From assembly GCA_033763905.1 (NCBI GenBank), contig JANRJP010000099.1, positions 1 to 47,751 of the forward strand: a DNA stretch of 47,751 nt. Reading direction: 5' to 3'. Source of the DNA: Gemmatimonadaceae bacterium. GTDB lineage: Bacteria; Gemmatimonadota; Gemmatimonadetes; Gemmatimonadales; Gemmatimonadaceae. The notes beneath the pieces were generated by a model. It was not told the DNA's origin. It saw only the letters and a list, made by a program, of their open reading frames with translations, and ran no database searches. Made by a program: the position numbers and the translations under genes. Below, one piece after another: positions 27,460 through 35,776 of this stretch (its first letter is position 1; each line of letters begins with the position of its first letter).

Positions 27460-28612
27460 GCGACGCTCGATAGCTGGCGATCGTGTCCTGCAGCATTACG
27501 CGCCACGCGGCCACAACTTCGGTCGGCGCGATCGGCTGCACCTCGCCGCCGAACGTCAGGATCCACCGCAGGAAGGGACCGAGTCGACGCACATCGATGT
27601 CACGCTCGTGCGCGCGATCCCGGACGACCCGTCCCTCGGTCCAGCGGTCGGCGACGGCGGGTGCCACGACGACCCGCACGGTGGTGGCGTCCCCGTCGCC
27701 GAGTTCCCACGGCCGACGACGCGTCGCGTAACGCTCGAGCGCAAAGCCATCCGGGACCGCGATCGGCGCTGCCGCGGACACCACCGCTACCTGACGCATC
27801 CGCGCCACCCGGAACTGCTTGATGCGGCCGTCCTCGGGGTCGCGCGCGATGCAGTACCAATGGCCCGATGAGAAAGCGAGTCCGAGCGGTTCGATCTGGC
27901 GACGACGATCCACATCGCGGCCGATCGAGTGATAGTCGACGATCACTGGCAGTCGCTTGGCGAGCGCCTCGTGGATCGTGCCGAGGATGGCGGGATCGAC
28001 CGCCGCCGCGACGACCGTCTCCCCGCCATCGAGAGGCTCGAGCGCCGGCGCGAGGTCGTGCGAGAGCGTGCGGATCGCCGTGGTGACCGCCTCCGACAGC
28101 GCGCCGTCGCCGAGTTGTGCGACGCGTCGTATCGCGCGCACCACGTGCGCGAGCTCGTCGGGCGTGAACCGCAACGTGTCGAGGCCGCCGATCAGCCGGC
28201 CGTGCCGGGGCCGCGGCGCCGGCCCAGCCACGGCCCCGTCGTCGAACACACAGGTCAGGAACGGCAGGAAGAAATCGCGCCGCTCGAGCCGGTAGAGTCG
28301 CTCATTGCCGCGATCGTCGCGTTGCACCGCGAGGGGCACGCCCAGTTGCCTGAGCTCCAGCTTGTCGCGTTCGAACATCCGGCTCAACGCCGACTCTTGC
28401 CGACGCGGGGCGCCCTCGTGATCGCGCAATCGCGCCCAGTACGCGGGGACGTCGAGGGCCAGCTCCTCGAGCGACGCCGCCGAACTGCGCCGCAGCAGCG
28501 CGGCCAGCAGATCCAGCCAGCGCTGGAGCTTCGGCGCCGTCGTGCTGCGCGGTGCGCTGGCCGCACGTGGCGACCGCGGCGTGGTGGAGCGACTCGACGC
28601 GCGCGGCGTCAC
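27452..28612 (-). CDS. HTH-WYL-WCX transcriptional regulator, PafB-like
   Basis: KLQRWLDLLAAL; the PafB hallmark RMFERDKLELRQLGVP; LRFTPDE; WYL domain (RRQIEPLGL...GHWYC...FRVARM); WILTFG..V..IAP. Confidence 0.88.
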   Translation of the reverse strand: MTPRASSRSTTPRSPRAASAPRSTTAPKLQRWLDLLAALLRRSSAASLEELALDVPAYWARLRDHEGAPRRQESALSRMFERDKLELRQLGVPLAVQRDDRGNERLYRLERRDFFLPFLTCVFDDGAVAGPAPRPRHGRLIGGLDTLRFTPDELAHVVRAIRRVAQLGDGALSEAVTTAIRTLSHDLAPALEPLDGGETVVAAAVDPAILGTIHEALAKRLPVIVDYHSIGRDVDRRRQIEPLGLAFSSGHWYCIARDPEDGRIKQFRVARMRQVAVVSAAAPIAVPDGFALERYATRRRPWELGDGDATTVRVVVAPAVADRWTEGRVVRDRAHERDIDVRRLGPFLRWILTFGGEVQPIAPTEVVAAWRVMLQDTIASYRASRA

Positions 28613-30459
28613 GCGCCCCCCTTCTGGCGCCGCCAGAAGTCCCAGATCAAGACCATCGCCAGCGTATCGAGCGCGCAGTACTGGCGCAGCAGTTGCTGCC
28701 AGGCGCGGTGGCGTTCCGTATCAGCGCGCGACGCGCCGTAGAGCATCTCCTGGTATGCCGTCATCGCTCCGGTGCCATCCACCACGTGCAGTTCGGTGCC
28801 TCCGATCTGCGCGCGCGGCAGCGCGAGATAGGGATCGGTCTCGTCGGCCGCGCGACCGGTCCATTCCGCACAGCGCGCTCGCACCACGGCATCCGCCTTC
28901 CAGATGGCATCCAGCACCTTCTTGATACTCGTGCGCCCCTTCATCGCCGGGTGAAAGAACTCCGCGGCGCACAGGGCGTTCATATCCACCAGCCGCCCGT
29001 CGTCCGCGGCCAGTGCCGTGAGCCACGACAACAGGTCTGCATCGCCACGGCCGTAGCGTTCGAGCTGATCGACGATGCGGCGCAGCGTGCTCCGTTCGTG
29101 AGTGGCCCACATCAGCACCGTCCCGCGGTCGCCGATCGCGTCCCGCAGGCTGCGGACGAAGGCTTCGTTGGGATACGCGTCGATCGTGTTGAGCCACTCG
29201 GCGTGCCGTGGGGCGGCGCCGGGGTGATCGATCGTGTGACAACTCCATTGGAACGCGACGGTCTCGTACGGTCGCATCCCGGCGTGGTAGGGCACCGCCA
29301 GACCCGACGTTTCGAAGTCGATGAAGTGCAGCGGGTACTGCCAGGCGGCGATGGCCGGCGCCAAGCCGTCGCCGATGAACATCGTGCCCGCACTGGTGTG
29401 GGCGAGCTGCCGCAGCTGGCGGAGATTGGTGCTGCCGGACGTTCCGTCCTTCTTCGTGAGCAGTGCCGGCTCCACATCGGCGAGTCGCGTCTTCCGCGAC
29501 GCGATCAAGTGGTTGGCGAGCAACTCGCCGTCGTGCTTGACCGTCCCGAAGCTGAACAGGTCGAAAATCTCGGGCGTGGGCTCGGCCAACGGGCCCCAGC
29601 ACTCGCGGAAGCCGTTCGGCGACACCGTCGGATCGACCCGGTACTCGCAGTGCTTGCACTGCCAATCGATCGTGCGCTGCTCGCGCACGGGCCCCGCATC
29701 GGTGAGCAGGGCGGCGAAGCGATCTGCCTCCGCCGTCACCGACGGCAGCAGGGCCTCGACCTCGTCCGCGCAGTCGAGCTTGACGAGAAAATGACTGCGC
29801 CGAAAGGCCTCGGCATCCCCGAGGAATCGGACCTCGAGATCACGGACGCGACCCGAGGCTGTCTGCACGTTGCGACGCAGCTCGAACTGCGCCCAGAGGC
29901 CATCGATGTCGGTCGACGCCGCTTTGTCCACCACCATCAACCAGGGGCGGATCACCGCACCGGGAAAGCAGCGCGAGAGCACCAGCCGCTGGTAGGTGAC
30001 GTCCTCGAGATACGCCTGCCAGTCGGCGATGATGCTCCAGGGCTTCCTCTTGTTGCGGAACGGCGATGGCGCCCCCGCCTCGACGCGTGCCTCGACCTCG
30101 CGGGAGTCGATCGACACCGACTTGACCTCGATCAGGTCGAAGGTGTTGCCTTGCTTGATGAGAATGTCGACACGGGCCAGCAGCCGGCCGTGCAGCAGCG
30201 TCGCTTCGAAGAGGGTGGCAGTATCCGCGGCGAGTGCCGCGCGCGTCGCCTCCCAGCCGTCACGAGTCCGGCCGAACGGCAGCTCGCGGCCGTCGGGGAA
30301 CAGGGCCTTGGCGAGATGCTCGACCATATACCCGCCTTCCGCGAGGAGGGCGAGATACGGGTCGTCGTCGGTGGCGGTGGGGTACTGCTGCTCGCGGTAG
30401 TAGAGCTTGGTGACGCAGTCCTTCGCGAGCTTGAAGTCGGACTTCGACAGGGTGTGCAT
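28609..30459 (-). CDS. DUF2779-type protein: Cas4/RecB-like PD-(D/E)xK nuclease fused to a DEDD (RNase H-like) exonuclease domain
   Basis: LSKSDF..C..KLY; ARVDIL...LIEVKS; DVTYQ; CKHC...C; FIDFET; AFQWSCH; HE; SIKKV; YCALDT. Start at ATG 30459; stop overlaps the pafB-like start (GTGA). Confidence 0.82.
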   Translation of the reverse strand: MHTLSKSDFKLAKDCVTKLYYREQQYPTATDDDPYLALLAEGGYMVEHLAKALFPDGRELPFGRTRDGWEATRAALAADTATLFEATLLHGRLLARVDILIKQGNTFDLIEVKSVSIDSREVEARVEAGAPSPFRNKRKPWSIIADWQAYLEDVTYQRLVLSRCFPGAVIRPWLMVVDKAASTDIDGLWAQFELRRNVQTASGRVRDLEVRFLGDAEAFRRSHFLVKLDCADEVEALLPSVTAEADRFAALLTDAGPVREQRTIDWQCKHCEYRVDPTVSPNGFRECWGPLAEPTPEIFDLFSFGTVKHDGELLANHLIASRKTRLADVEPALLTKKDGTSGSTNLRQLRQLAHTSAGTMFIGDGLAPAIAAWQYPLHFIDFETSGLAVPYHAGMRPYETVAFQWSCHTIDHPGAAPRHAEWLNTIDAYPNEAFVRSLRDAIGDRGTVLMWATHERSTLRRIVDQLERYGRGDADLLSWLTALAADDGRLVDMNALCAAEFFHPAMKGRTSIKKVLDAIWKADAVVRARCAEWTGRAADETDPYLALPRAQIGGTELHVVDGTGAMTAYQEMLYGASRADTERHRAWQQLLRQYCALDTLAMVLIWDFWRRQKGGA

Positions 30460-30467
30460 AGGGCCGA

Positions 30468-30492
30468 GGGATAGGGCAGCGGTCTGACAGCG
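30468..30492 (-). promoter_or_regulatory. PafBC-type promoter candidate upstream of the DUF2779 gene (probably leaderless)
   Basis: Minus strand reads CGC-TGTCAG-ACCGCTGCCC-TATCCC, then 8 nt to ATG 30459; no Shine-Dalgarno sequence. Confidence 0.6.
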
Positions 30493-30628
30493 GTACGTCG
30501 GAACGGCGTGGCCCTCGTCGGCCAAGGGGGAACCTCTCGCCGGCGCGCCTCGGCGTCAACGCCCCATCCGGATGGGCGCTCGCCCGGGGTGAGTAGGCGG
30601 AGGCCCGCTGAGGGGTTAGGATGCCCTT

Positions 30629-31312
30629 ATGCTGTCTTTCCCGACCCTGATCCGTCTCGGCCGGCAGCTTGCGGCCGGGGCCATCGTGAGCGTAAGTGCG
30701 GCGACGCTGCCGCTGGCGGCACAGCAGGCCGGCGCCAAGTCGTCAGCCGCCAAGCCGTCGGCCAAGAAGTCGGCGCCGGCGAAGACGTCGTCGAAGAAGT
30801 CCACGGCGAGCAAGTCGTCCGCCAAGAAGTCGACGACGCGCAAGGCCGCGCGGAGCACGTCACGCCGTCCCGTCGTTCCGGAAATGCCGGTGCGGGCCGC
30901 CGCCGACGACTCGACGGCGGCGCGCGAAGCGCGCGGGGCCTTCAGCCGCTACACCGAGGCGTTCAACGGCGGTCGTGATGCGGACGCCATCGCGTTCTAC
31001 AGCGACGACTCGCGCTTTCACTGGATCGAAGACGGTCGGCTGGCGTACACCAGCGCCGCGATGATCCGCGAGAGCATCGCCGGGGTGCGCAAGCTGTTCC
31101 CGACGATGGTCTTCGAGCCCGGCGACGTGCGGACCACCGTCTTCGGGCGTGACGCGGTGCAGCTGACCGTCCCGTTCGCCCAACGCCTCGTCGACGGCGG
31201 AGGCGTGGAGTCCCGCTTCGAAGGCACGATGACGCTGTCGCTCACGAAATCGAGCGGCTCGTGGCGGGCGATCTCCGGTCACACGAGCATTCGACGCCCG
31301 TCCGCGCGCTGA
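30629..31312 (+). CDS. Exported NTF2/SnoaL-like protein with Lys/Ser/Ala-rich linker
   Basis: Signal-like N-terminus ending LAA-Q; KKS repeats; AFNGGRDADAIAFYSDD...WRAISGHTS cone-fold pattern. Confidence 0.7.
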   Translation: MLSFPTLIRLGRQLAAGAIVSVSAATLPLAAQQAGAKSSAAKPSAKKSAPAKTSSKKSTASKSSAKKSTTRKAARSTSRRPVVPEMPVRAAADDSTAAREARGAFSRYTEAFNGGRDADAIAFYSDDSRFHWIEDGRLAYTSAAMIRESIAGVRKLFPTMVFEPGDVRTTVFGRDAVQLTVPFAQRLVDGGGVESRFEGTMTLSLTKSSGSWRAISGHTSIRRPSAR

Positions 31313-31348
31313 CCACCGAGTCCTGATCAGCGCGCGGGATGCGGCCGC

Positions 31349-34213
31349 CTACTTCTTCCCCGCGTCCAGGTCGTTCCAGTGCAGGAGCGCGTTGAATCCG
31401 AGGAAGTAGGTGCCGTGGGTCTGCCACCGCCAGAACGGACGGATCGCGAACATCACGACGTGCCCGTTCCCGACCTTGGCATCGACCACCTGCGCGCGAC
31501 CGCTCAGGGCCTGGCCGTTGGCCAGTGAACCCGACAACAGCATCTCCTCGGCTCGCTGCGGGAACGCCAGCACGACGCGCGGGCGATTTTCTGCAGCCGC
31601 CCCGCCGGCGCCCGCGAGTTGGGCGCGAGCGGACGAGAGCTCCTCGGACGCACGCGCGGCCGGCGCCTCGTACGGCGACGTCCGCGGCGGCGTGGCCATT
31701 GGGGTGATCACCATCCCGACGCCCGCCGGCGCGGCACCGGCGCCGAACTCACCGCCGCCGCCGGCGCCGACGTTCAGCACTGGTCCTGCGCTGAAGTAGA
31801 CCGGCAGTTGCCGACCCTCGTAGCCGTAGATAATCGGGCTCCGCGCGTCGGTGATGATGCCCCGAAGGATCGACCCGCGCACGAAGAGCTGCGTCGGGTT
31901 CTCGACCGATATCCCCGACGTGATGCCGAAGTCCGGGAAGATGGTGCTGGTGGCCCCTTCGGTGATGAGCGTCCCGCCGTCGCGCACGAACTGCTGGAGC
32001 GCAGCCAAGCCCTCCACTCCCATCCCGCCGCGAATGTCGTCGCTCTGATCGTTGACGCCGAGATTCGGCGTCTTCGCGGTCTTCTTGTAGGGCAGCGGCG
32101 TGTCGCCCGTCTTGGGAATGCCGTTGATCTGCTGCACGCTCGAGCCCCCGATGTGCGGCAGCACCAGCACATCGTACTTCGCGCGGAGGTTGCCTTCGCG
32201 GAGTTTCTGGTCGGCGAAGTAGGTGAACGGAATCCCGTAGGTGTCGAACGCCGCGCGGACCCAGCCTTCATCCTGCGTCCGCTGCCAGCTGTGGATGTAG
32301 CCGATGCGCGGCAGGTCGAGCTCGTGGGTCGCGACGGTCGGCAGCGCCGAGACGAGCGTACCGCGAAGCCCGAGCGCCACGAGCGTCGGCTCGAGGACGG
32401 CACGGTCGGCGTCGGGCACGATGAAGCTGCCGGCAGCGAAGCGCGTGCCTGCCACCGAGAACGTGTCCTCCGCCGCGAGCATTTTCACTTTGCCGTGCCG
32501 CCAGCGGAACGTCACCAGCGCGTTATCGGTGGTGTGGTTCACGACCAGCACGCGGCCGCTGCCAGTCACGGCGCCCTTGGCCAGCGCCGGTCCACTCAGG
32601 GGGGCGAGCGGCGCCGTGAACACCTCGGGACCGGTCAGCGGCGTCACCGTGATGTTGCGCATCAGTTGGAAAGTCCATCCGGTGTCGTCGTACGGCCGCG
32701 GATTGCCGGCCGCAAAGGCCTGCACCGCGAAGTACATATCGGCGAGCGTACGGTAGGGCTGATCGGCACGGATCACCCAGTCGCCGGCGGCGACGCTGAC
32801 GCCCCCCGCGGTGAACGGCGCCGTGGCGACGTGGAACTCGAGCCCCTGCGTCCGCAGCGCCTCGACCGCCTCCGCCGCGTTCACCCGCGCGCGCTGCGCG
32901 GCGGGAATCACCCAGCCGGTCGTCGGCCCCGCTTTGCCCTTGGCGACGGAGCGCTTGTTCTTGAGCCAGTAGTTCTCCAGGTACAGCGTGCGGTTGTCCG
33001 CGACGTGCTTGAGCGCGACGAGCAGCGCGGTCTGCTGGATGTTCGCGTTGTTGCGCGGCCCCCAGCTGATCAGCGGCAGCGGCGGGTTGGGCCGGAACCA
33101 CTCGCGGCTCGTCGTGGTCGTCGGCATCCGCAGGGAATCGACATTGTCCGGCCCGTACGACTGCACTTCATAGAAGCGTCCGGTCGCATTGTGCGCGTGC
33201 GCCGCGAAGAAGAGGTAGTTCGGGACCCAGCCGTCGTAGAACCCATACGTCCACACACCGGGGATACCCCGCTTCGTCAGTTCCATCACTTCGGTTTTCG
33301 CCAGCACCCACCACTCGTCGATCGTGATCGGATCGAGGTGTTCGTTGTAGGGACCCGTCCCGGTGCTGGTGTACAAGTAGGCCACCGACTCGTGCAGGTC
33401 GTGCATGATCGGCGTGTGCCATTCCAGGAACGCGCGATTGATGTTCCGCGTGAGTGCGAGGAACTGCCCCATCCCGTCGCGATTGTTGTCGTGCGCGACG
33501 TACTTCCCCCAGTACATCAGCGGCAAGCGGGTTGCCCCGCGCGGCAGGGTCTTGTTGTAGTAGTAGGTGTCGACGTGCTTGTCTCGGCCGTCCGGCTCAA
33601 GCACCGGCGTGATGAAGACCACGGTACCGGCGCGGATCGCCTTGATGTAGTCGGACTCGTCGACGGCGAGCCGATAGGCGAGCTCCTGCACCACTTCCGG
33701 CCCTCCGGTCTCGGGCGAATGCAGGCCGGTCGTGAGCCAGTAGATCGGCTTGGTGGTGCCGATCAACCGCTTCGCCTCGGCATCCGAGGTCCGTCGCGGA
33801 TCGGTCAGCGCCGCGAGTGCCGCCTTGGTCGCGTCGAGCGATGCGATCGTCTGCTCATCCGAGATCGCGGCGATGATCATCTCGCGGCCTTCCTCGGTGG
33901 TCCCGATGCTCCAGACCTTCACCCGGGGCGACGCGTCATCCAACGCGCGGAAGTAGCGATGAATGTCCTTGCTATACGTGAGCTCGCCCGGCTGGCCGAC
34001 GATGCGGCCGTGAAAGGCCAGCGGCGTGGGCACCGTCGCGCTGGCGGGCAGGTAGTCCACCAGCTCCGACGTGATGCGGGCATCCCGGAGATTCGCCTTG
34101 ATCAATCGCGTGTACGCGGTATCGATCGGCTGCGACGCCTGGGCAGCGGCGGCGCGGGGAGTCGCCGCCGCGATCGCGGCGACGGCAAGCGGCACGAACA
34201 CACGAGCAGGCAC
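31349..34213 (-). CDS. Secreted M14-family zinc carboxypeptidase
   Basis: GTG 34213 with GGAG RBS; signal peptide; IGTTEEGR, GLHSPE (HxxE), HDNNRD, HDLHE and PYDDTGW motifs; C-terminal GAT-like domain. Confidence 0.88.
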   Translation of the reverse strand: MPARVFVPLAVAAIAAATPRAAAAQASQPIDTAYTRLIKANLRDARITSELVDYLPASATVPTPLAFHGRIVGQPGELTYSKDIHRYFRALDDASPRVKVWSIGTTEEGREMIIAAISDEQTIASLDATKAALAALTDPRRTSDAEAKRLIGTTKPIYWLTTGLHSPETGGPEVVQELAYRLAVDESDYIKAIRAGTVVFITPVLEPDGRDKHVDTYYYNKTLPRGATRLPLMYWGKYVAHDNNRDGMGQFLALTRNINRAFLEWHTPIMHDLHESVAYLYTSTGTGPYNEHLDPITIDEWWVLAKTEVMELTKRGIPGVWTYGFYDGWVPNYLFFAAHAHNATGRFYEVQSYGPDNVDSLRMPTTTTSREWFRPNPPLPLISWGPRNNANIQQTALLVALKHVADNRTLYLENYWLKNKRSVAKGKAGPTTGWVIPAAQRARVNAAEAVEALRTQGLEFHVATAPFTAGGVSVAAGDWVIRADQPYRTLADMYFAVQAFAAGNPRPYDDTGWTFQLMRNITVTPLTGPEVFTAPLAPLSGPALAKGAVTGSGRVLVVNHTTDNALVTFRWRHGKVKMLAAEDTFSVAGTRFAAGSFIVPDADRAVLEPTLVALGLRGTLVSALPTVATHELDLPRIGYIHSWQRTQDEGWVRAAFDTYGIPFTYFADQKLREGNLRAKYDVLVLPHIGGSSVQQINGIPKTGDTPLPYKKTAKTPNLGVNDQSDDIRGGMGVEGLAALQQFVRDGGTLITEGATSTIFPDFGITSGISVENPTQLFVRGSILRGIITDARSPIIYGYEGRQLPVYFSAGPVLNVGAGGGGEFGAGAAPAGVGMVITPMATPPRTSPYEAPAARASEELSSARAQLAGAGGAAAENRPRVVLAFPQRAEEMLLSGSLANGQALSGRAQVVDAKVGNGHVVMFAIRPFWRWQTHGTYFLGFNALLHWNDLDAGKK

Positions 34214-34426
34214 GAGAGCACTCCGGGAGGCCGGCGCGACCGCGCCGTAGGGGAACCGCAGCACGACAACTCCCATATCTACGCGTCGCCACACCTGCCC
34301 GCTGTCGGCGGTTGCGAAACCCATACGCCCCGCCGGTCCCGCGGCGGGAACGGATTCCCCGGCGCCCTCCTTGGCTTAGTAGCCGCAGCGCATCACGCGG
34401 CGTCCGCAGGCGCAGAGGAGCAGGCT

Positions 34427-35776
34427 ATGTCGAAGGACGGCAGCACTCGGATCGGGAGCCACGACCATCGGGCGCACTTCTACACCGATGAGGCTGAACT
34501 CGTCGCGACGATTGGCGCCTTTGCGCTGGTGGCGATGTCGGCGCACCAGCCGGTGGTGGTCGTCGCGCGGGAACGGCGCCTCAATGCCCTCCGGCGGGAA
34601 TTCGCGGATATCGCCGCCGCCGAGTCGGCGGCGGACGGGCGGGCCACGCTCCTCGATGCGGAGCACCTGCTCGCCGTCCTGATGCCGGACGGCCGGCTCG
34701 ACCCGGTCGTGTTCGCGGCGCAGGTGTCGCGGCGACTGGACCAGGTACGCCGCGCCGCGGGGACGGACCGTCTCCACGTGTATGGCGAGATGGTCGATGT
34801 GCTGGTCGAAAGCCGGCAGTATGCGGCCGCCGAGGCCGTGGAGGCGATGTGGAACGATGAATTGGCCCGGGCTCCCACGGTGCTGCTCTGCGGGTACCAT
34901 CTCGATGCGTTTCCCGGCACCGTCGGAGCGGAGGCGCTGGATCGGGTCTGCGGACAGCACTCGGATATCGCGATCGGCGATTCGCCGCGCGAAGATCGCC
35001 CGGATGTCGTGCGGCTCCGAGCCGTGCATCGCGACCGCGAGCAATCGCGATTGACGACGGCATTGATCGATGCGCACCGCCGGATGGAGGTCGCCCTGCT
35101 CGCGGCCGGCGTCGCGCACGACCTCAACAATCTGCTCAGCCCGATCACGCTGGCCGCCGAAGACCTCTTGGCGAGTGCGCCAACCGACGAGGTGCGTGAG
35201 TCGGCGACATTGATTCTGAGCGGCGCGCAGCGCTCGGCGGAGTTGGTGCGGGCATTGGTCCGTGCCTCGCGACCGTCCACCGGGCGTCGCCCCGTGGCCG
35301 TGCCCAAGGTGGTCAGCGAGGTCATCACGCTGCTCAAGTCGCAACTGTCGCACATTCGCGTCGGACTCGAGTTTGATGCCGACGTCCCGCCGGTGCTCGC
35401 GCACGAGTCCGCCTTGGTGCAGGTGATTCTCAATCTCGTGAAGAACGCCCGCGAGGCGGTTGGCGAGGCAGGCGGACAGATCACGGTGCGCGTCGCGCGC
35501 GACACGGCGGCGCAGGGGCCGACGCGTGAATGGACGCGCCTGAGCGTGATCGACAACGGCTGCGGGATGAGCGCGGTGACGCTGGCGCATCTCTTCGAGC
35601 CTTTCTACAGCACCAAGCACGATGGGCACGGCATCGGCCTGGCCGCGGTCCAGCACCTGATCACGTCGATGGGCGGACTGATCGACGTCGTCTCGCACGA
35701 GGGGACCGGCACCACATTTTCGGTGTGGATGCCGGCCCACCCCGCTGCCGCTACACCGCTTCCGACAGGGACGTAA
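34427..35776 (+). CDS. Cytoplasmic sensor histidine kinase with N-terminal MEDS domain
   Basis: GAGGAG RBS; MEDS motifs HxAHFY, VYGEMVDVL, EAMWN, LLCGY and CGQH; H-box AHDLNN, N-box NLVKNA, DNGCG, FEPFYSTK and GIGL. Confidence 0.88.
   Translation: MSKDGSTRIGSHDHRAHFYTDEAELVATIGAFALVAMSAHQPVVVVARERRLNALRREFADIAAAESAADGRATLLDAEHLLAVLMPDGRLDPVVFAAQVSRRLDQVRRAAGTDRLHVYGEMVDVLVESRQYAAAEAVEAMWNDELARAPTVLLCGYHLDAFPGTVGAEALDRVCGQHSDIAIGDSPREDRPDVVRLRAVHRDREQSRLTTALIDAHRRMEVALLAAGVAHDLNNLLSPITLAAEDLLASAPTDEVRESATLILSGAQRSAELVRALVRASRPSTGRRPVAVPKVVSEVITLLKSQLSHIRVGLEFDADVPPVLAHESALVQVILNLVKNAREAVGEAGGQITVRVARDTAAQGPTREWTRLSVIDNGCGMSAVTLAHLFEPFYSTKHDGHGIGLAAVQHLITSMGGLIDVVSHEGTGTTFSVWMPAHPAAATPLPTGT

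Noticed and set aside
28552..30474. 640-aa plus-strand ORF
   Set aside because: Antisense shadow of the DUF2779 gene; no motifs.
30529..30559. GGAACC...CGTCAA as an ECF promoter for the NTF2-like gene
   Set aside because: The 19-nt spacer is too long for a typical ECF promoter.
25030..30628. CRISPR-Cas or mobile-island interpretation of the Cas4-like/WYL locus
   Set aside because: No repeat-spacer array, cas1/cas2, integrase, tRNA, flanking direct repeats or obvious compositional shift seen by eye.
34303..34324. TGTCGG upstream of the MEDS kinase as another PafBC site
   Set aside because: The hexamer at N10 is ACCCAT, which lacks the YA start, and TGTCGG is common in GC-rich DNA.
34371..34387. 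GG-N10-GC sigma54-like site
   Set aside because: Lacks the TGGCAC and TTGC consensus context; likely chance.
31619..34426. N-terminal ~936 aa of the 1385-aa ORF, suggesting a giant kinase
   Set aside because: Antisense shadow of the M14 peptidase. The real kinase starts at ATG 34427 after a GAGGAG RBS.
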